From assembly GCA_950097015.1 (NCBI GenBank), contig CATNEN010000037.1:1860001-1924000 (forward strand): 64,000 nucleotides of DNA, given 5' to 3'. Shown here in pieces: positions 48,977 through 64,000 of this stretch (its first letter is position 1; the number at the start of each line of letters is the position of its first letter). The notes beneath the pieces were generated by a model, which was not told where the DNA came from, did no database searches, and worked only from the letters and a program-made list of their open reading frames with translations. This DNA is from Macrostomum hystrix. Lineage: Eukaryota > Animalia > Platyhelminthes. Both the position numbers and the translations under genes were made by a program.

Positions 48977-51597
48977 GTGCTCCTAGCCGCCGCCGTGTGC
49001 AACAAGTCGGGCAAGACGCTCATCTCCCGCCAGTTTGTGGAGATGACGCGCTCCCGCATCGAAGGACTATTAGCCGCCTTTCCTAAGCTAATGTCCGCAG
49101 ACAAGCAGCACACTTTCATTGAGACCGAGAGTGTGCGCTATGTCTACCAGCCGCTGGAGAAGCTCTACGTCCTGCTTCTAACTACTAAGGCTAGCAACAT
49201 TCTGGAAGACCTGGAGACCCTGCGCCTATTTGCCCGAGTTATACCCGAATATTCCACCGGCATGGAAGAGAAGGATCTATTGGATAACGCCTTCCAGTTG
49301 ATCTTCGCCTTCGACGAGATTGTAGCCCTCGGCTACCGTGAGAGTGTCAACTTGGCCCAGATTAAAACCTTCACCGAGATGGACTCGCACGAGGAGAAAG
49401 TTTTCCTAGCAGTTCGGGTTGCTCAGGAGAAGGAGGCCAAAGCCGCCATGCGCGCCAAGGCCAAGGAGCTGACGATAAAGAACAAGGAGCTCCGTCGAGC
49501 TGGCGGCGGTCGGATGGCTGCCTTCGGTGGCGGCATGGGCGGCGGCGGCGGCGGTGGAGGCGGCAGCTACGTTGACACAACGCCTACGCTGACATCGACA
49601 ATACCGGAGCCGACTCGGGCCAGGCCGCCGGCGCCTTCGGGCGGCTCCGCCGGTGGCGGCAAGGCTATGAAACTGGGCAGCCGAGCCAAGCAGGTTGACT
49701 ACTTTGTGGACCAGCTCAAGGAGGAGGGAGAACAGGTCTGTGCTATGAAGATTGGCGTTTCTTTGTAATGGGCAGAGCCGGCTTCACCTACCTCACAAAC
49801 TCACTTAGCGACCTCACCAACTCACTTAAAAACCACACAAAACTTATTTAGCAACCACACACAACTTACTTAGCAACCACACACAACTTACTTAGCAACC
49901 ACACACAACTTACTTAGCAACCACACACAACTTACTTAGCAACCACACACAACTTACTTAGCAACCACACACAACTTACTTAGCAACCACACACAACTTA
50001 CAGTGTCTACCATGCTTAAAAGTCATTCAACTACTCGAATTGCCAGGTGGTGGACACACCAGTTGGTGGTCTCACTTCCGGAAGGTCTGGCGCTTCGTCA
50101 GCGGCCGCGGCCGCGGCTTCAGCAATGCCGGCCGCTCAGCGTGAGGCCGTCCATCTGCGCCTCGAAGAGAAGTTCAGCTGCGAAGCCGGCCGTGGCGGCG
50201 GTGTCAGCAATCTGGAGCTGACTGGCCTGTTGCACATCACATGCGCCAACGAGGACGCCGTCAGGTTGCACCTCCTGCAGGCTACCGGGCCCAGGGCTAA
50301 AGCTGTACAGATGCAGACCCATCCAAACATTGATAAGAAAGTGTTCCAGACCAACAATTGGGTGCAGATGAAGGCAGCTGGTGAGGCTTCAACTTTTATT
50401 CGCGTCACTAAGAATAATACTCTAAGCTCGAAAAAGGAAGTTAAGATCACACCCGTTCACACAGAGCCTGTCTAACAGGTTCACAAGGAGCCTGTCTAAC
50501 AGGTTCACACAGAGCCTGTCTAACAGGTTCACAAGGAGCCTGTCTAACAGGTTCACACACAGCCTGTCTAACGGGTTCACAAGGAGCCTGTCTAATATAT
50601 TCACACCTGTCTTACAAGTACAGCACTTAAACTGTTATGCATATGTCTAACAGATATTAGATGGACGCACATCTATTTATTCAACTCTATTCAACAATCG
50701 CATTTATTAATACTCCAATGCCAAATCACAGGCCGTGGCTTCCCGGTGAACCAAGAGGCCAACGTAGTGAAATGGCGCATGGCTGGAGACGACGAGTCTC
50801 TGCTGCCGCTGACCATCAACTGCTGGCCGAATCAGGCTCCGTCTGGCAGCTTCGAGGTCACGGTCGAATACGAGCTGACAGCTGGCACACCTAGGCTGGA
50901 GAATGTGCTCATTAGCATTCCGCTGCCGCAGGGAGCCCAGACTAAGGTAAGAGGCTTGTTTTACCTAACCCGTCTGGTCTGCGGTGTTTTATGCCAATTT
51001 TGTATCTGATTGGTTGTGGGCAGCCAAAATCTCTCTCCCTTTCTCTAATCTAATTGGTTGTGGGCAGCCAAAATCTCTCTCCCTTTCTCTAATCTAATTG
51101 GTTGTGGGCAGCCAAAATCTCTCTCCCCTTCTCTAATCTAATTGGTTGTGGGAAGCCAGAATCTTTATCCAATTCTCTAATCTGATTGGTTGTGGTCTCC
51201 CTCTCAAGCCTGATTGGTTGTAGAGGCACAGCCCCTCAGTCCCATTTCTAATCAAACCGAGTTCAGCAAGGCAATTCTGTATATAAATATCCGAACCCTC
51301 CCGCAGGTGAACCAATGCGACGGTGACTATCGCATCGACGCTCGCAAGTGCATACTAGAATGGTCTCTGCCGATGATTGACCCTGACGAGAATCCCACGG
51401 GCAATCTGGACCTACTGGTTGGCGGCGGCGGTGGCGGCATCACGGAGGACAGTTTCTTCCCCGTTGGTGTACTATTCACCTCCCAGCAGAGTCTAGTTGG
51501 CGTCGATGTTGACAAAGTTGTCCGCCTTGAAGGCGACACTCCTGTGAAGTTCTCATGCGATCGTCGACTGATTGCCGACAACTATAGAATCGTTTGA
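48977..51597 (+). CDS. ARCN1: Coatomer subunit delta; exons 48977-49735, 50047-50380, 50732-50946, 51307-51597; ATG exon upstream and not located
   Basis: VLLAAAVCNKSGKTLISRQFVEMTRSRIEGLLAAFPKL...HTFIETESVRYVYQP...NILEDLETLRLF...MDSHEEK, plus a mu-homology C-terminus (QTHPNIDKK, FPVNQEANVVKWR). Canonical GT-AG junctions keep the frame. Confidence 0.96.
49850..51150. repeat. Three intronic minisatellites in delta-COP: 22-bp (~49850-50000), 24-bp (~50455-50600), ~45-bp (~51010-51150)
   Basis: Direct tandem repeats, one per intron. Confidence 0.85.
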
Positions 51598-52784
51598 TTC
51601 TATGCTGCCTGTTTGGTTGCTAGTTTATTAGCTATGCTCTATTATAATATTGGGCACTATTTACTGAGATTTGTGTTTAAATATGAATTCCTGGGCATAA
51701 TTAAAGCATACGAGTATATTGGCCTTTTTTACAAATAAATTTCAATTAGCAATAATATAAAAACACAATAATGTGCGTCAGTTTGTGAATGACTATGAAA
51801 ACTAGTGTAATTTTGTGTTCGCTGTGTTTATTCTGCTTATTGGTGTCTGGCATCCCATCCTAACTAGCTAGGTGATCCATTTGCTTACTTCTTTTTGTCG
51901 TTTGCTTTATTATAAAAAGCCTATTCGGATTTGATTGATTATAGATTCTAACTCGTCTGATTCAAATAGAAACCGACTGAAACAAAACAAAACACCATTT
52001 TTTGGTCCTCAACTCTTAATATATGATACCCCTATCTGACAATAATGGTTTTATTTGGCTAATTCACTGAAAGAAATATATCAAATAAAATGGCATCAGC
52101 CCTATAGCAACTCTTCGTTGCTAGCAAAACACCTGTCTGTTGCTGTATTAGCTAGGGCTAGCCAATTAACTATTGTTGTTCTTTCTTATCTGTTTACTGT
52201 TCATTTAGGTCCATTTAGCCAAATAGATATTATGTGTACCTGTGAACATTTGAATGTCACTCAGCTGTGCAATGGGCACTAGCATTAACTAGGCTAGAAA
52301 TTCGACTTGTTTTGGCGGCCTACACAGTCCACAGACTTAACGCCTGTACACAACCTTAAAAAAGCGGCGCTGTGCCACTGGCTTCAGCAGCCATGCTTTT
52401 TGTTAATCAATGCATAGACCATATGCTCTACTTACATTAAGAAATGTAAGTAGTAGAATATATTAAATGAAATGTTTTGGTTTATTTTCGAGTTTTTGTA
52501 CAACACTGTAAAGGTCAGATTATTTAATAATTATACTACAAACCAAAACATTCAATTAGAATGTTAACCTGGGGATTGATGCTACGTATACTAGCATTGT
52601 AGCTCGTATAATTATAGTAAACAATTTTACCCATTGACTTTCCAAGAACCAATTATTGGAATGGGAAATTTCATAAGCGCTCGTTACTGTTGAAGATCAT
52701 GGCACTATAATGTTGCTTGATCAGCAGGTGTCATTGGCAAGCAAACGAGATGAAATCCATACCTGGACTCTAGAGTCGATGTGT

Positions 52785-53265
52785 CATTTAGTACCTGGAC
52801 TGTAGAATTGAGCTGTCATTTAGTACCTGGACTGTAGAATTGAGCTGTCATTTAGTACCTGGATTGTAGAATTGAGCTGTCATTTAGTACCTGGATTGTA
52901 GAATTAAGCTGTCATTTAGTACCTGGATTGTAGAATTGAGCTGTCATTTAGTACCTGGATTGTAGAATTGAGCTGTCATTTAGTACCTGGATTGTAGAAT
53001 TGATCTGTCATTTAGTACCTGGACTGTAGAATTGAGCTGTCATTTAGTGCCTGGACTGTAGAATCGAGTTTTCATTTGGTACCTGGATTATAGAATTGAG
53101 CTGTCATTTGGTACCTGGATTATAGAATTGAGCTGTCATTTGGTACCTGGACTGTAGAATCGAGCTGTCATTTGGTACCTGGACTGTAGAATCGAGGTGT
53201 CATTCGGTACCTGGACTGAAGAATCGAGGTGTCATTCGGTACCTGGACTGTAGATTCGAGCTGTC
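52785..53265. repeat. 32-bp minisatellite (gtcatttagtacctggactgtagaattgagct)
   Basis: About 15 tandem copies between the convergent delta-COP and K2P genes. Confidence 0.92.
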
Positions 53266-54316
53266 ACTTGCACTACCAAATACTCTTATTAAAACTCGTG
53301 TTAATACTTACGTAGGTGCTGATTATTGGATTAGGTTTAATTGGACACGATAAAAGCAATAACAATGACGAAAGGCAGTTCAAGCTGCCCACTGTTCATA
53401 AATTCGTTCGAAAGTTTACTCTTTACACAGTAGTGTTTTGTCAAGGATTCGTAAATAATCAGAAGCAATAGGCTGGGAATAAAAAATCCGTGCCTTTTCA
53501 TGTTAATTACAAAGAAACGACTCAACTCGAGCACTAATGATTGTTACCGTCAAAAGTAAAGCCCAAGCTTTTTGTCAAATGTCAATTTTTTCAATGCAGT
53601 TATCAAGGACTACTTGAGAATTTTGCTAGAGAACAGTCGATGCTATCCGTCAATCGAATCTAATTGGCTATCCTATGTACACTGTTTCTATTTATAGCAA
53701 CCAAATGTACTAGGTCATGTAAATTGATACTATTTATAGACACACCATACAGAATTGCTAGCTCGTGGGTTTTAACTCCCATTTTAAAGAAAACCTCGGC
53801 AGTCGATTTAACAAGGTTTAAATCGCTGGTACAATGTTCTACTGATGCAAGTAGTCTTTGATTAAAAGCTATTTTTGATGAATGAACGGGCTAGAAAATG
53901 CAGAAACGTACTTTATTTTTTATTGTTAACAGCTATCAAAATCGAGGTGTAAAAATTGCAAAGGGCTTTAGGACAGATCACAAAAAATCGCGTTTACTAT
54001 TGTCATCCACAGAAAGTAATGTTCTCGTGTAAAGAAAGTAATGTTCTCAGAAGTTAATGCTCACAAACTGCTTAAAAAATAACGCTTCGTTTCACGTTAG
54101 TGAAGATGTGGAATTAAGTCTCGAATTGCTAAATCATCTCTTTGAATCTCACCGAGTATGCTGTACGACTTCGTCCAGTTTTAGAGACTCAAAAGCAATT
54201 AGAGGAATGAGTAATAGCACTGTCAAGTTTCGAACTCATGACCTTGTTTCGCAATTGCCAAATTCTATACAAGGCAATATTGACTTTGAAGGATTTCAAA
54301 GGGCTATAAAACAATG

Positions 54317-60888
<6,572 letters not shown>

Positions 60889-61028
60889 CTGCAAAGAGAC
60901 GGCACCGAAATTTCACAATCACTGGTCTAGCAGAGTCTTGCACTTTTGAAATTTGACACCAGCCTGAGACAGCCGGACCTGCTCTCAGTCTTATTTGCTT
61001 TGGTTGTCTCCCACGGACTTGGACTCTG

Positions 61029-61540
61029 ACTGACTGACTGACTGACTGACTGACTGACTGACTGACTGACTGACTGACTGACTGATTGACTGACTGACTG
61101 ACTGACTGAATGACTGACTGACTGACTGGCTGACTGACTGACTGACTGACTGACTGACTGACTGACTGACTGACTGACTGACTGACTGACTGACTGACTG
61201 ACTGACTGACTGACTGACTGACTGACTGACTGACTGACTGACTGACTGACTGACTGACTGACTGACTGACTGACTGACTGACTGACTGACTGACTGACTG
61301 ACTGACTGACTGACTGACTGACTGACTGACTGACTGACTGACTGACTGACTGACTGACTGACTGACTGACTGACTGACTGACTGACTGACTGACTGACTG
61401 ACTGACTGACTGACTGACTGACTGACTGACTGACTGACTGACTGACTGACTGACTGACTGACTGACTGACTGACTGACTGACTGACTGACTGACTGACTG
61501 ACTGACTGACTGACTGACTGACTGACTGACTGACTGACTG
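61029..61540. repeat. (TGAC)n microsatellite
   Basis: Read directly. Confidence 0.97.
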
Positions 61541-61844
61541 GTGAAAAGCACGCAGAGAGGCTAGGCTAGAGAGCTTTGAAGCTGAAGTCCTGTTTGTCTG
61601 CTTAGAGATACTTTGAGGTCAGGAACAGATAAGTGAGAATGCGAATCCGTGCTCTAGTGCTTGCTCACTGATCACTGCTGCAATCTATGCCTTCCTAAGC
61701 GCTTGGCTCATTAAACTGAACTTTTAACTATGTTCGTCTATGTCTATAAGTAAAGTCCCTGCTAAGCCAAGGTTAAAGGCTTATATCGCGTCACAGATAT
61801 AACAGATCGATAAATAGAACAAGTAAATTTGTCAAAGACAAAGA

Positions 61845-62800
61845 GGCAGAGACACAGACACAGACAGAGACACAGACACATGAGACACAGACACAGACAG
61901 AGACACAGACACATGAGACACAGACACAGACAGAGACACAGACACATGAGACACAGACACAGACAGAGACACAAAGACATACAGACACAGACAGAGACAC
62001 AGACACAGACACAGACACAGACAGAGACACAGACAAAGACAGAGACACAGACACAGCCACAGACACAGACACAGACACAGACACAGACGCAGACACAGAC
62101 ACAGACACAGACACAGACACAGACACAGACGCAGACACAGACACAGACACAGACACAGACGCAGACACAGACACAGACACAGAAAGAGACACAGAAAGAG
62201 ACACAGCCACAGCCACAGACAAAGACACAAAGACATACAGACACAGACAGAGACACAGACACAGACACAGACAGAGACACAGACACAGACACAGACACAG
62301 ACACAGACACAGACACAGACGCAGACACAGACACAGACACAGAAAGAGACACAGAAAGAGACACAGCCACAGCCACAGACAAAGACACAAAGACATACAG
62401 ACACAGACAGAGACACAGACACAGACACAGACAGAGACACAGACAAAGACAGAGACACAGACACAGCCACAGACACAGACACAGACACAGACACAGACGC
62501 AGACACAGACACAGACACAGACACAGACACAGACACAGACGCAGACACAGACACAGACACAGAAAGAGACACAGAAAGAGACACAGCCACAGCCACAGAC
62601 AAAGACACAAAGACATACAGACACAGACAGAGACACAGACAAAGACAGAGACACAGACACAGACAGAGACACAGACACAGCCACAGACACAGACACAGAC
62701 ACAGACACAGACACAGACACAGACACAGACACAGACACAGACACAGCCACAGCCACAGCCACAGCCACAGACAGACACACAGACACAGACAGAGACACAG
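61845..62800. repeat. (AGACAC)n-based microsatellite with higher-order structure
   Basis: Read directly. Confidence 0.95.
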
Positions 62801-63449
62801 CAATTGGTATCCGGCCAGGACTTCAGGGGGGACTGGGGGGACTGGGGGGGAAAGGGCTTCAGGACACGCCGTCAGATCGTCTTGTCTGATAGCCAATAAT
62901 TGACCAAGTAATTGGCGAGCATATGCCAGCATGAAAGGCCTGGCCCTGTCTGCTCAGAGAAAGATTAGAAAATACACACATTATAGATATGTTCCACAAG
63001 GAGAAGGCACGAATTGGTCATGTAGGAGAAAGAGACTTGTGGGAGAGAGCGGTGGCAGCTGCAGCCTCCACTGTTTGTGAATAATATTAATAGCACTGGA
63101 GTGCAAATAGCTTAAGTGTTATTTTAGTGCCAAACGGTATTAGCACTGAGGATGGGGGCGTGCATTGATTGGGAAATGGTCCTAGAAAACGGCCTGAGGC
63201 CTGGGTAGAGATTGGGGACATGCCAAGGCTTCCCATGTTGCAGATTCTGGCGTTAATTAGTTAGAAAGAGAAGCTTCGTGGGCCTGAGAAATTGTTTAAC
63301 GTTACTTTTTTGTGGCATTTTCACAGCACTGGAATATGCACTATGCTAATGCCTCTCAAATTTGCTGAGGATAGGAGAATCTGTGGACTTAATTTTTTAT
63401 TGCAAGGAAAGTTTATGTAGGACCTCAGAATGAGATAGCGAAAGGAAAA

Positions 63450-64000
63450 GGGGGAGAGGGCCGAAGGGAAGACAGAGGGGTAGACAGAAGGGAGGGGTAG
63501 AAAGAGGGAGGGATAGACAGAAGGGAGGGGTAGACAGAGGGTTAGGCAGTTGGGAAGATAGTAAGGAAGACTGAAATGAGTGGGGTAGATTGATAAGAGA
63601 GGGGTATATACAGACGAGAAGATAGAGGAGTCGAAAGACGGGAGGGGTAGACAGTGGAGAAGATAGAGGAGTGGTAAGATGGGAGGGGTAGACAGTGGAG
63701 AAGATAGATGAGTGGTAAGATGGGAGGGGTAGACAGTGGAGAAGATAGAGGAGTGGAAAGACGGGAGGGGTAGACAGAGAGATCATAGAGGGGAAGACAG
63801 AGGGAATGATGAAAGGGGTGGGGTAGATTGACGAGAGATAGACAGAGGAGAAGATAGAGGAGTGGACAGAGGGTAAGGCAGTGGGGGAAGACTCAAAGGA
63901 GTGAGGTAGATTGATGAGAGAGAAGTATATGCAGAGGAGAATATAGAGGAGTGGAAAGCGGGAGGGGTAGACAGAGGAGAATATACAGGAGTGGAAAGCG
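63450..64000. repeat. Degenerate purine-rich tandem repeat (gggaggggtagacag...gagaagatagaggagtgg)
   Basis: Recurrent ~40-bp units continuing to the window end. Confidence 0.8.

Overview
Eukaryotic (invertebrate animal) genomic DNA. GC-rich exons with poly-Q/G/A tracts sit among AT-rich introns full of mini- and microsatellites; the style is reminiscent of the flatworm Macrostomum, which is inference only. Well-supported genes: the 3' part of NOMO (+), a 5-exon pumilio (+), an intronless FoxA-class forkhead gene (-), a 2-exon MARCH-type RING-CH E3 ligase (-), delta-COP/ARCN1 (+, ATG exon not located) and a TASK-like K2P channel (-, first exon not found). Less certain: a frameshifted, degenerate Mab-21/cGAS-like ORF set (9.5-11.2 kb), an 85-aa type-I membrane microprotein, and a ~1,480-aa single-exon protein combining a Gly-rich hydrophobic N-terminus, a degenerate GBP/RHD3/VLIG-like P-loop domain and a long helical region. 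Mobile DNA: five copies of a tRNA-derived SINE whose 3' half carries HDV-ribozyme-like motifs, a CORE-SINE relic, a deleted mariner and two MITE-like foldbacks. The pumilio locus shows several possible layers of post-transcriptional control: a six-fold duplicated splice donor, a GC-AG intron, inverted minisatellites in an intron and the 3' UTR, and Pumilio binding elements in its own 3' UTR. No prokaryotic features or CRISPR arrays. All family assignments come from reading motifs by eye; no searches were run.
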